Assembly: GCF_000315625.1 (NCBI RefSeq)
Contig: NW_005434666.1
Location: 419,877 to 483,876, forward strand
DNA: 64,000 nucleotides
Direction of reading: 5' to 3'
Origin: Guillardia theta CCMP2712
Taxonomy: Eukaryota; Protista; Cryptophyta
A program made the position numbers and the translations under genes. The first letter of the stretch is position 1. Every line of letters begins with the position of its first letter. The notes under the pieces are model-generated. The model was not told the DNA's origin. It saw nothing but the letters and a program-made list of their open reading frames with translations, and made no database searches. Below, piece by piece: positions 22,957 through 35,138 of the stretch.

Positions 22957-23572
22957 GGCGGGTCCGCCTCCGGATCAAAAGGAATGATGGATGACCGGAG
23001 GGGGAAGATTCGAGAAGGGACACATCCCCGCTCTTACCCCAGTTTACCTGACGGTGGAGAGCGCGTGCGCCATGCGGTAAGGAGGAGACAGGGAGGAGGA
23101 GGAGGAGGAGGAGAGGACGGCAGAGGGAGCTTTCATGCCGTCTTTTCATGCAGCAGACTTGTATGTGGAGGCCAAGAGCGAGGAAGCGAGTGATGGAGGG
23201 AGGTAGGGTACAGGAAAGAGGGGCAGCGGTACTGGTTAGCTTCGAAGGTGATGTAGCAACAGGAGCACGGACAGAGAGGAACGAAAAGCTTACATGTCAG
23301 AAGATTGCGTCGGTGATGATGAATTCATGTGGGAAGATGTAGTTGCTCGTGAAATGTAGAAGTCGAACTATTAGATGCAAGGACCTGAGAAAGATGGGGT
23401 GAATCCTTCGGACAGAAAGGGCAGGACATGAAGCTTTCCATCTTGGTCATGAGGACTGGGACCGCCGCATCTCTTTTGAGCTGCTTGCACTTATGAGCCC
23501 TGAGTTGAACGGGATAGCAGCGGAGGGGTAGACACGATAGTCGCCCTGGCATCTAGAGGATTAGCCCGTATT

Positions 23573-26050
23573 ATGACGAAGTTTTGGTGCCTGGGTGGCT
23601 TTACCTTGCTGTGACAAGAGACTTGTCAGGGATCCAGCAGCGAGGCGAGCTCTGCAACTTATCTTGGTCTCCACGTGCTGGTGTCTCGTGTCTTCGAACG
23701 CGATCGAGTTGACATCAACCAACTTCGAATCGACACTATCATCGGTCCGACTCCCCTCCCTCCCTCCCTCCCTCCCTCACTCACTCACTCACTCACTCAC
23801 TCACTCACTCACTCACTCACTCCTGCCCAGCCAACCTCTTTTTCTCACTCCTCGTTGCGACCTTCGTTGGATCCCTTCTTCGGCATGACATGACTGCACC
23901 CTCTGTGATGCTTCTGCTGCAGAAAGAAGGAATCTGGCTCGTCGACCTCTTCGCTCCTTGGTGCGGACACTGCAAACGTTTGGCACCCGAGTGGGACAGA
24001 GCTGCTGCACTTGCGGTTGGCAAGATGCCGATCCTCGACTCGAAGTGATCATTGGCTTCAGGAGAGCGAGAACTTACCTGTTTTCTTTGCCAAAGTCGAT
24101 TGCACCTCGTACGTTCATCGATACTTTGACTACGGCTTGTCTCTTTTTCCATGTTGTACCTTGTTGCGGGAGGCCTTTTCCGGCTCCTTTGGATGCTTGT
24201 CTTGACTACCTCTGACATTCGCTGTGTTTCCAACGCGCGACAGACACTCCAAAGTCTGTGACAAGTATGTAGCTAGCTGGGATGCTTGCTGTGCTGATGA
24301 AAGAACGCGAAGGTACGAAGTCGACGGCTACCCGAGTCTTCGCGTCCTCTCTTCCGACGGCAAGGTTTTGAAACCGTTCCGAGGTGAAGTCTGGATATCA
24401 GTCCATTGAGTGTTGAAATCCCCCCCAAAGGAGGAAGGACTGCAGATGCCCTCGTTGAGTACGCCCGCAAGCTTTCAAGTCCAGCGACTGTGAAGCTCAA
24501 CACAGCCAAGGTTCGCGCGTGAAAGGATCCTGCTCACGAGTTTGATCGAGTGAATTGATTGCAGGAGGTCAAGGAATTCATCGAGAAGAACACCGCCTCT
24601 TTCATTCTGTTCGAGCCTGAGAATGTCGAAGTGAGTTGAAGTACGGCTTTCACTCGCCCTGATGTTGGAGGAGGGGGAGGAGGCCTCCATGTTCAAGCAA
24701 GAGTTCCTCAAGGCTGCCACCATGCAGTCGGATGTCGCCAGCATCGCAGTCGCACCAGGTGGATGAGATGACATCTGTTGACGTGGCATGACGAGTTTCT
24801 TCCCTTCTGCAGAGTACACAGGAGATGACTTGGAGTTCCGAATCATGCTGGACGGACGGACAGTGCAGGTGAATGAGTGGATGTTGCTTGTCTGTCCTCA
24901 TCCTCATTGCCAGGAGGATGTCGGTCTCGGAGGAAAGCTCGTTGTCTTCAGAGAGAAAGAGGCGAAGTGAGTTAGAGCGAAGAAGGGGAAGGGGAGGGGG
25001 GGGGCGCTGATTTTCATGCTCACGTCTGCTCTCAGGTGCCTCTCCTCCTCCATCAACAGGACGGCGGAGGCTCTCAGCCACTGGATCGATGGGCACAGGT
25101 TGGCGTGCGATGATGTGCTGGGCGATCATACGATGAATGACTTCTCCTCCTCCCTTCCTCCTCTCCTCCTCCCTTCCTCCTCTCCTCCTCTCTTCCTCCT
25201 CTCCTCCTCCTTCTCGACAGGTTCCCGATGCTGTCCAAGGTGGACGCATCCAACTACAGAGCCCTGGGGGAGAGGAACAAGCCGCTTGTGATCGCTGTGC
25301 TGCGGGGGAAGGCGAGGCCCGCGGGCCAGGAAGGGCAAGCTGAAGGAGAGGAGGACGACTCGTTTGAGAGTATCCCCATCAACATCGAGTTCCTGCAGAC
25401 TGTGCGGGGGCTCGCGCGAGAGTTGGAGGATGACTTCGGGTTCGGGTACCTCAACGGGAAGCAGTGGGAGCAGTTTGTGGTGAAGTTCGGCATCAGCACA
25501 AGGGTGCTGCCTCGCCTCCTCATCATCGACGTGCAGAAGGAACACTTCCTGCCTGTCCCCGTCGATGTCAAGGGGCATCACGGATTCTCTGAGTACCTTG
25601 GGAAGGTGAAGAGCGGAGAGATCAAGGTGAGAGAGCTGGTGCAGGATGTTTTGAAAGTGAGTGCTATGCAACCCAGATGTCGAGGAACTTCAAGACCATG
25701 GTGAAAGAGTTCGTCAAAGAGAACAAGTGAGTTGGAGGATGAGTAGGGAGGGAGGAGGAGGAGGAAGAGGATTGAAGATGAAGGTGAAAATCAACAAAGA
25801 AGAAAAGGCTAGATATAGATAGTGTAGATGGTTGAAGAGGAGGAGGATGGGAGGCGGGCGGAGGAGATGGTGGTGATGGAGGAAGGTGGAGACGTTGGAG
25901 GTGGTCAGGGAGGAGGAGGACTGCAGCCTATCTGACAGCGGCGGCAGGACTCTTCTCATGCAGGGCGGAGGAGTGCTGGGAGTCTTGATCGTCCTGGTGG
26001 TCGTGGTGTGGAGCATCATGAGCTCTAGAGGGAAGAAGAAGGAGGAATGA
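23573..26050 (+). CDS. Membrane-anchored protein disulfide isomerase (TMX3-like)
   Basis: Signal peptide ...[29 protein letters not shown]; [24 protein letters not shown]; FFAKVDCT; YEVDGYPSL; b/b' thioredoxin-like exons ([27 protein letters not shown]); [19 protein letters not shown]; di-lysine ER-retrieval tail GKKKEE*. Confidence 0.88.
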
Positions 26051-26135
26051 AGGGCTGACAAACATGTAGAGGATAAAATTTCTGATAGGAGACCAAGTTT
26101 TTTTGAGTGAGTGTAATGAAGATTCTAGATTACAG

Positions 26136-27061
26136 TCAGACTTTTGACGACCTGCTCACCTCGTCCGACTCTTCTCCTGTCTGGCTGTAAAACTTCATCT
26201 CGCCGTCTTGAAAGATCGCCGTCTGCTCCCCTTCCGAGAACACCTGCCAGTCGCTCTCACGTCTCCTCTCCCGCTCTCTTCCCCTTCCTCCCTCCTCTCT
26301 CCTTCCCACCCGCGCCCACCATCTCCTCCCCATTCCCTTCCCGCCCCCCCTCCCTCTGCTCTCCTACAGCTCACCTGCACATCCGTCGCTGTCCTCAGAG
26401 AGGCGGAGAGCGACAAGTCTGTCTTCTTCGTCCATTCCAACGACATGACCATCATCCCATCCTCATACCTGCGAGCTGAGGTGAACCAACAGCTCCTTCC
26501 CCCCCACCGCCCCTCCCCTCCCCTCCCTCCCCTCCCCTTCCTCCCCTCCCCTTCCTCCCCTCCCCTTCCTCGACACTCACATCTTTCCGTCGAAAAGAGA
26601 AGCATCCAGCTCCGCCTGTCGCTTTCCTTCGCTCTCTTCCACCTCATCCAAGTGAACCTTTGGCGACCAGTCAGCGAGCAGGACAGGAAGGAGCGCTCAG
26701 ACCTCAGGGGGCGGAACTGTCTCCTCCTTCTTTTTCTCCTCCTTCACCGTCCTGGACAAGGTCTGCAGGACCTTGAGCTGGTCCTCCGACTCCCTCCACT
26801 TCCTTTCAGCTTCCTTGACCTGCACCATCGATCCTTTCAGTCGGGTCTCCTCGCCTCCTCGCCTCAACCTTCTCCTCCAGCTCTGCTCGCATCTTGTCGG
26901 CCTTCTGTCTCTCCTCCTCGATCGCTTTCTTTCGGCTCTCTTCTGCAATCTTGTGCTGCAAATCAGAACATCCGCTGCCCTCTCCTCCTCCTCCTCCTCC
27001 TCCTCCTCCTCCTCCTCCTCCTCCTCCTCCTCCTCCTCCTCCTCATGATCATGATCATGAT

Positions 27062-27093
<32 letters not shown>

Positions 27094-27503
27094 TCACCAC
27101 CACCACCATCAATCCGCATGCCCAAGTCCCCCGCCCCCTACTTCTCTTTCCGTTATTGCCCCACCTTGTGCACATCCTCCCTTACAGATTCTCCGACAAT
27201 TTCTGTTCTGATGCCATCGCGAGACTGGGGAAAAGGAAGAGTGTCGAGGAAAGCATCAGGTAGGTCGGGGAACCTGAAAAGTTTGATGAGAGTTCGAGGA
27301 GCAAGTACGAAAGTGTGGGGGGTGCTGAGGAGGAAGATGATGAGGAACAGAAGGGGGCGGATTGGAAGGAGAAGGTGTAGCAGCAGCAGTTTTGTTCGAG
27401 GTTCTTACTTTCTTCTTCTCCGCAGCTCTTCGTCAAGAACAATGTGTTCTTTCCTCGCCCGATCGAGAGCTCGAACTGCCTCCTCGCTCCTGGTGGAACT
27501 TCG

Positions 27504-27539
<36 letters not shown>

Positions 27540-30500
27540 CTCTTTGTCCTCAACCCCCAACATCCCACTCACACCAATCAACCCGCCATCATCTGCATCC
27601 CACCCATCTCTTCAACCTTTGCTGAGCCTCAGCGACTCGCTTCCTCCTTCGCTCGATCTCCAACCTCATCTTCTCCTCCTGCGCGCTGTCCCACGAGCTC
27701 TTGAGCACCTGCCGCAGATCGTCACGGCAAGAGCGCCTAATCTTGTTCCTCTTCCTCTTCCGTAATCTCCCGTGGCCGAATGTCGAGCGTCATTCTTGAA
27801 GCAAAGAGTCAGAGGACAGCTGAGGCAAAGGCGAAAGAGAGAGGAAGATAAGGCGAGGAAGGAGCAAGAGGACGAAGACGTGACGATAATGATGATGATG
27901 ATGGTGGAGGAGGAGGAGGAGGAGGAGGATCAGGAGGAGGATCAGGAGGAGGAGGAGGCTGTGGAGAAAGGGGAAACGGAGCAGGGCAACCTGCGGCATC
28001 TTATCAACGCTGTCTCAATGGCTGCGATCCACTTGTCGACCGACTGAAGTCTCTCGATCAGCATCTGCTACAGGATAAGCATGAGCTACCTGAGAGGAGC
28101 CGAGGTCCCACTCGCACGAGCTCGAATCTGAGGAGGGGATGAGAGCGATAAGAATGTGCTCCGAGCCGAGAGTTGAGCACGAAAAAGGACGAGGACGAGG
28201 ATGTAGATGGGGGGGGGAAGAGAGGGGGAGAGAAAGGGGAGGACAGAATGGAGACGAAGTGACGTCTGGGGTTGTTCGCGGTTGCCTCGAACACGAACTC
28301 TTCTCCCACCAATCAGAACCCCTACCTTGAAACTTCACCTCCACACAGGTGCCTTTCTTCCTTGCGATGCTAGCAGATCAACTTCAGGGCCACGAGAACG
28401 AGGACGAGGATTGCGGGGATTTACCTGCTTACTATCTCGAGGCCGAATGCGTTGGAACATCCTCCACTCCGACTGGAAGAGAAGATCAGAAGAGAAGCCG
28501 AGGAGCGATCCGAGCTACTTCTCGTCGTTGAAGAGGAGGAGGCCAGTTGATCGCAGCACCAGCATCTTGCGCTGCCGCATTGCTTCACATAGCAGCGCAC
28601 ACGACAGGGATGTTTGACAGGGGAGAGAGGATGGAGGAAGGAGGAACAGGAAAGGAGAAGGAGAAACCTGCCATCCCCCAAGAGGTCCTTCTCGTTTCAC
28701 TTTGATCCATCCTTCCTGCCCTCGTCGTCAGCTCTTGGGTACATGAGAGAGGGACGGGAAAGACCATCAGCTCAGGCTCTGCCCCTCTTCTCTTGTCTGC
28801 CTTCTTGATGCTCTCCTGCTGGGACTTGGCGCAAGGTAAGGGATCGCGCTCCCTCTCAAGCTTCGCCCTACCTCCTTGCGCTGCTGTGCTCGAAAAGCTT
28901 CCAGACGGATCTTCAAGATCGTTTTGAGTAACAGAAGAGGAGAGATGGAACGCGGGACGAAGCAGAGGGGAGGGAGGGGAGGAGGAAGATGTAGAGGAAA
29001 GGAGGGGCGGGAGAGCGGGGAGGAGAATGACCTCTGCTTTTGCTGCCTCAAAGCTGCCAAAAGTCTCACAGGAGGAGCGACCCCGTCAGCTCTCACCGGA
29101 ACTCTTCCTCAGCTGCTTCTCTCCTTGCTCGCTCCACCTCCTGCTCCAAACCTCAGACGAGCAGACGAGCAGGCCCAACATACCTGAGCTGCTTCCTCGG
29201 CCTTTCGTCGTGATTCATCAGCTTCTCGCTGCGAGAGGAGGAGAGGCAAAAGAGAGATCAAGTGAGGATGTGCGGGACAGTGAGGAGGAGAAAGTGAGAT
29301 AAGCTCCTTGCCGTTCGCCCTCCCTCGCACCTTCATCTTCAACAACTCTTCATCCTGCAGCGACAAACAGTTGTATTGATAGTCGGCACTCCTGCTCTCC
29401 AAGTTAACATGGGTTCGTGAAGTCACAACCTTCAAGCACTTGGTCCCATCTGCATGCAGAATCTCCATGACGCGGATGACAGGAAGATGCTTGAGCTGCT
29501 GCTGGAGGCTCTCGACCTCTCTTTCCTTCTCCAACAGCGAGATCTTGAGCCCCTGCACTGCCTCCTGCAGCTCTTGGATGCTCCTGCTCATCTGATGCAC
29601 AACCGACATCAACCCTGAGGGGAGTGACCTCGCGACCTTTCTCGCCTGGAGGAAGATCTCGTCGAGCCTCTGATGGAATGAAGCGAGGGAGAGATCTGAA
29701 GGAAAAGGAGAAAGACAAGTCAGAGAAGAGAAGACTGGAGAGTCAGAGGTTCAACAGGAAGACATGTGACAGGCCGTCATCACAGCAGAAGATCAAGTTC
29801 AAGTATGAGATCGAAGGATTTACCTCCGTCAGTTATGATTTCATTGTCTGGATCCTCTTGCAGTCTTCCTGCGATGTATCTTTGATTGATCTGGTGGCGA
29901 ACAGCGCGGCATAGGGGACTTTGACCATGTTTGATCCCCTCCACGAGAATACGAGCATAGCTCTCAGGCAGCTTCTCCATCATGCTGCTGCTTGCTGCTT
30001 CAAGCTCATCGAGTAGATTCTGGCTGTTGCTAATGCCAAGGTTATCATCAAACTCTTGCACAGAATCTCGTTTGTCCTTCAGTATGTGCGATCTCAGGAA
30101 GATGGCAAGCTCGCTTTTTCCTTCGCAGAGATCTTGCAAGATCACTTGTGCATGAGCTTGCGGCAAGCCATCCAACATTGAGTTAGCCTCATGAAACGCG
30201 TTGGAAACCAGACGTTCTGCTTCCTTCAACTCCGAGCTTGATATCTGTGACATTTCGGGTAAGCGAGTTGCACTTGTCGCGTTGGAGACAGCATGCTGAT
30301 AGATCATTCCTGCAAGACCATCGTTGTGAGCTACAACTTCCTTCATGAGCGAATCTGCCTGCTCCTTTGGCAGTTTATCGACCATCACAGTGGCTTCATC
30401 GACGAACTCGGAAAAGAGTCTCTCAATCTCTTGTAGTTCAGCTACAAGTGGGTTTCAGTATCATTCTCAAGGGCATCACCCCCCTGCTCACCTTCCGTGG

Positions 30501-30540
30501 CAAAATTTGCATCGTCTTGCTCCGGCTTAATTTCCATCAT
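26136..30540 (-). CDS. Multi-exon coiled-coil protein with a possible PH-like domain (possibly two genes)
   Basis: Exons 29780-30388 (helical repeats, e.g. MMEKLPESYARILVE / MLDGLPQAHAQVILQ), 29400-29612 (coiled coil SRSIQELQEAVQGLKISLLEKERE), PH-like KMLVLRSTGLLLFNDEK...GEEFVFEA, and coiled coil 26700-26970. Introns are filled with microsatellites. Confidence 0.5.
26981..27110. repeat. Compound trinucleotide microsatellite (TCC)n-(TGATCA)n-(TCA)n-(GCA)n-(CCA)n
   Basis: Directly visible; generates homopolymer ORFs in all six frames. Confidence 0.9.
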
Positions 30541-31204
30541 CCTTGGACTAATGAGGATCAAGTCCTCGAGGTCCTCAGTGGCAATCTTCTTGGAATGACA
30601 CGATCCTTCAAGTCAAAGGAGCTCGATGTGCATCTCCTGCTCCTATCAAGACTAGAGCCTCCCCCGCTCTACTGTCCTTCCCCTCGCCATCCGCATTCTT
30701 CAACTGCAAGTCGGAGACCTGGCTCTGCTGTGAGCCTGCCTCAGGATCATGCCGGGCCTCCGGCCGGGCCCGGCCGGCCCAGGGCAACTTGGACTGATAA
30801 GGACCAGAAGAGAAGAACCGTTCCGAGATTAAGATTTACAGGAGATTCATTGATAGAGGACAATCTGTGCTCAAAATTCATAGCAATGGAAAAACAAAAG
30901 TGGAACTATGGTACACTTCTAAAGATGTTTTTTTTTTGCCTGCACTGCTTCCATTCTAGGATGCACCTACCCAAATCCCCTCCAAGGATTCCAAGAATGG
31001 AGGCAGTTGTGCATGTGCAACAAATAATATAAAGCTGCGCAAAAGAATTTCTACCTATATTTCTACCAAGACAGTTATTAAAAAAGTTTTAAAATATTTT
31101 TCCTGTTCCCAATATATTTATACCCTGTTGTACAACATATCATCAATGTTTGGTCCTTTGTACCAATCAGTATATATTTATAATATTTTATATGTGAATT
31201 TATC

Positions 31205-32531
31205 ATGGCGACGTTCAAGATGAGGAATGCCTGCGCCTTTCCCTCCTCCTCCTCCCTCCTCCTCCTCCTTCTCCTCCTCCTTACGTCATCAACATTTATC
31301 GAGTGCTCTCAAGCACCTGCTAGACATCTAAAGCACTTGAACACAGGCAACGTTTTAAAGCGAAGAAGTTCATTTGCAGTGTTGGACAGCTATGATCACG
31401 ACGATGATCACGACGATGATCACGACGATGATCACGACGATGACGATGATGACATAGATCACGATCATGGAGGAACAGGAGGGTCGGATGATGACGATGT
31501 ACCAGCTTCACCAGCTCCATCACCAGCTCCATCACCAGCTCCATCACCAGCACCCACTCCAGCTTCACCGGCACCCACTCCAGCTTCGCCAGCACCTACT
31601 CCAGCTTCGCCAGCACCTACTCCAGCTTCGCCAGCACCCACTCCAGCTTCGCCAGCACCCACTCCAGCTTCGCCAGCTCCAACGCCAGCAACGCCAGCTC
31701 CCTCGCCAACAACCTCAACTCCAGGTCCTAATCAAATAAGCACACAAAGCACAAGTTCGAACGTAGCGAACCTAGCTGTTTCTTTGCCGCTGACTTTGAA
31801 CGACTTCAATTCTGATGCTCAATCAAACTTCAAAAAAGCCGTCGCTGCATCGGCTGGCACATCCATCTCCTCTGTGATCATAACTGGCATCACCGTCCTG
31901 ACAACACGTCGCCGATTGTTATCTGCATCGATTCTTGTCCATTTCAGCATTTTAGCAAAGGATGCGCAGCAGGCGACAGACATCAAAAATAGTTTTTCTG
32001 TGGACTCGTTGAATAAGGAGCTCATCAAGAATGGATTGCCTCAGGCTTCGATACAGATTGTGAAGCCAAGTACAGGAGCATCCGACAACACATACTTGGT
32101 GAGCCGCCTTACATGTCTATTTTGAACTCTGATATAGAACAGTACGTCGGAATTGGTGGAGGGATACTCTTTGCTGGAATTATGGGAATGGGTCTATGGA
32201 GAAGACTGAGGAAGAATCGGGTAGAGCTTTTCTTGTATTGCTATTCCCTCTCATCTTGGGCGAGTTTCCTGGCCTTGCTCTTATTGTAACTTTGCAGGTA
32301 AAGACTCTTGCAAGAGAAGTGAGACCCGAGACCTTCGGCTCAGGAATTTGTGAGTGGCAAATTACTGTGAACGAAAGTTCATCAGAAACTGACTTGAGTT
32401 GCCATGGTTTTCCAGTGGTCATTCCCACAGATGGAAAGTTGCCTACTCCCAGCGCCCCTCCCTTGACTGTTCTGCATGGAGAATATGATCCTGAAGACAG
32501 AGACGAGTATTTCGCCAATTATTTTCCTTAA
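31205..32531 (+). CDS. Mucin-like type-I membrane protein 1: signal peptide, (DHDD)n, (PASPAPT)n, SEA-like RRRLL domain, TM, PSAP tail
   Basis: ORF 31205-32125, then intron to TM YVGIGGGILFAGIMGMGLWRR; last exon LVIPTDGKLPTPSAPPL...EYFANYFP* (32531). Confidence 0.85.
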
Positions 32532-32984
32532 GAGTGATGCGGCCAAGTAACTATGATGGCTTGGGCCGCCACTGATGTCCCCGCCAGCCCAATCATGTTG
32601 CGGGTTCAAGTAGTGAGTAGAGAATGTCGTTCCGTTTCCGTACTGTGAATGTATATTATCATATAGTAGTGTAGACCTGCCAGTAGATTTACTTGTCCCT
32701 CTCACCACCAGAGCACAAATCCTTCAAGTGATACGATTGCAAGATGCCGTCTGTAGTTTTAAATGCTATTAGAAATTGTACCTGAGTTTTATTTTAAAAA
32801 GAGTCTATTACATTATTATGTTTTATCTCTATCAGTGACAGTCACAGGTACCCTGCTTCCTACCCATCGATGACCCCCCAACTTCTCTACATTCGGACCC
32901 CACCAATCGAGAGGTATACCTACCTACTGTTTGCAGGTGTCGTAGACCCCACCACAGCGTGGTTCACCCCGCCAGGAAGACTGG

Positions 32985-34665
32985 ATGCAGATGGGCGCTA
33001 AGGCAGGGCGTCAACGCCGCTTGAGTATCCTCATCCTCGCCGTGATTGCCATCACGAACAGCTCCTACCTTGTTGGTCAGGCCTCGGCTTCTCTCACCTT
33101 GCGTTTGCCACATAGATCACACTTTTCTCCTCCATTTTCAGTCCGCGACTCCGGTAAGAACGCCTGAGCCGTCTTGATCGTTTGATGCAAAATCTCACCG
33201 TTGGTGCAAATTCAGACTCCGAGGAGTCAGAGGAAGACGAGGCGTCAGAGGCAGAGTCTACATACAGTACTTCCCCTGCTGATACCGCTGTTGCCACGAC
33301 CCCTCTTCCCCAAGGTTTTTAAAGTACCTGTTTCGGCGTTGTTTGACAGAGTTGTTTTAGAATCGGATAATGCTGACACGAACCATGAGCAACAAAACAA
33401 TGTTGTTCAGTCGTCTAAACCAGCTGAAGGGAGATCAACCACTTCTCAGATGACGTCAAGCACTTCCCCAATGCTACAACACACAGCTTCGATTCAGGCT
33501 GAAAGCACTCGAGGAAAGCTAGATGAGGTCGGTACCAGTACACCGTCACCATCCTCGCAAGAACCAACAACAGGTGTGTGGTGAAGAAGTGCGGATTAAC
33601 CACAGAGAAGTTGAATCTTTGACGATCCTTTGTCAGATTCAGTGCCGGATAACGGAGACAAGCAAGACGGGATCGATTCCTCTACTTCTGTAGGGTCAAG
33701 CCAGCCCATGGGAGGTGATAACAATAAATTACCAGGCAGCACATCAAGCCCAGGTGCACTCGTTTCTTAATTGTTCGATAGTTTCTGATAGGAGGCTTGA
33801 CAGATGGCGCAGGGAAGAAGCAAACTCAAGCACCTTCAAATCTCATTTCCACCACGCCAGTGATGCAACAGAATCAAGTTTACTTGTATGATGTAAAGCT
33901 GGAAGTGACGCTGCCGATGTCTGCCCAACAATTTGGAGCTCAAGAAAGGAGAGCATTCATGGATGCAGTTGCTCGGACTGCTAAAGTTCAACCATCGCAG
34001 GTTTCGATTACAAATGTGATCTCGAATCGACGAGGGTCTAGAAAGCTGCTGGCAACAAATTCACTTACCATTGAATGCACTATCAAAGTGTCAGAACCGA
34101 ATGCAGTCACACGGATAACAAAGGACATGACAATCGCTTCACTGAACCAAGAGCTAGCCCGTGGTGGTTTACCTCAGTCCTCGTCAGTTGCCGTCGTTTC
34201 CAAGAGCTCGACCTCGAACGGGTCCTCAGATACTTACTTGCTGGTTATTCAGAATTTATACAATGTTGCCTATCTGACTCTTTTTGACAGATCGGATGCT
34301 GCATTGGGGGAGGATTCTCCCTGATTTTGTTTTGTTTGATCACCAGGAAAATGCAAAGATGCACGAAGGTTTGTCTTGTCTCGTTTTCGTTTTTGTGAAA
34401 AATTCTGATGATTGGGATTCAAGGCACGTAGAGACACTTTCACGTACTTAGGTACGATCTATAGCTATGTATTTCTTGTTCGTCTCCTCACAGGTACGCA
34501 GGTACACCCGACCCTCCACCTACGGCTCCGCCAATGCCACTCAGCAATGAATCCACCGTCGATAGCATCGAAGAGGAAGAAGACATTCCACCTCCCCCCC
34601 CACTACCATCAAATGATTCTCATCTCTGCTTCGTGCAAGATGGCAAACAGAAACATTATTACTAG
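32985..34665 (+). CDS. Mucin-like type-I membrane protein 2: signal peptide, S/T-rich stalk, SEA-like RKLL domain, TM, PTAP tail
   Basis: Signal LSILILAVIAITNSS; VKLEVTLPMSAQQFGAQERRAFMDAVARTA...SRKLLATNSLTIE...LNQELARGGLP; TM IGCCIGGGFSLILFCLI; tail DPPPTAPPMP...KHYY* (TAG 34663-34665). Confidence 0.82.
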
Positions 34666-34806
34666 GCATGTTTGGAACGTGCTCTGGTAGTCGGATAAGC
34701 CTGTATTTTTAATCCCGGCTCATTGTACGGTCCCGCCGCCGGTCACTCTGAGCCGGTCGGCCTGGCGGGCCCCGCTCCGCACATATTTCGATCATCACGA
34801 ACTTGT

Positions 34807-34845
34807 AAGTAGTAGTAGCAGTAGTAGTAGTAGTAGTAGTAGTAG
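34807..34845. repeat. (AGT)n microsatellite
   Basis: agtagtagtagcagtagtagtagt... between convergent paralogs 2 and 3. Confidence 0.85.
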
Positions 34846-35138
34846 AGCTAGAACGGCCAATGGTAAGCTCTTTGGATAGCAACCCTCTTTGATTCAGTTT
34901 GAAATAAATTCTCCTCCCCGAAGTTGTAAATAAAGTATAGTGTTACTTGAGACTCGAAGGAGACAACAGTACCGCGCAGGAATTCATACAGTGCACTAGT
35001 TTGTTCCAGAGTATAGGTTCCAGAGTATAGTTTGTGTACGTACAAAAGTGACGAGCAAGATAAAAATATGTGACAACTTTTGGATAACAAAAGGAATTTC
35101 ATTAAGAAAAATAGACTAGACATACTACATGGAGTTCC

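Noticed and set aside
26697-27263. Poly-E/L/P/R/S/H/Q ORFs in six frames
   Set aside because: Compound microsatellite, most likely intronic; only short flanking parts look exonic.
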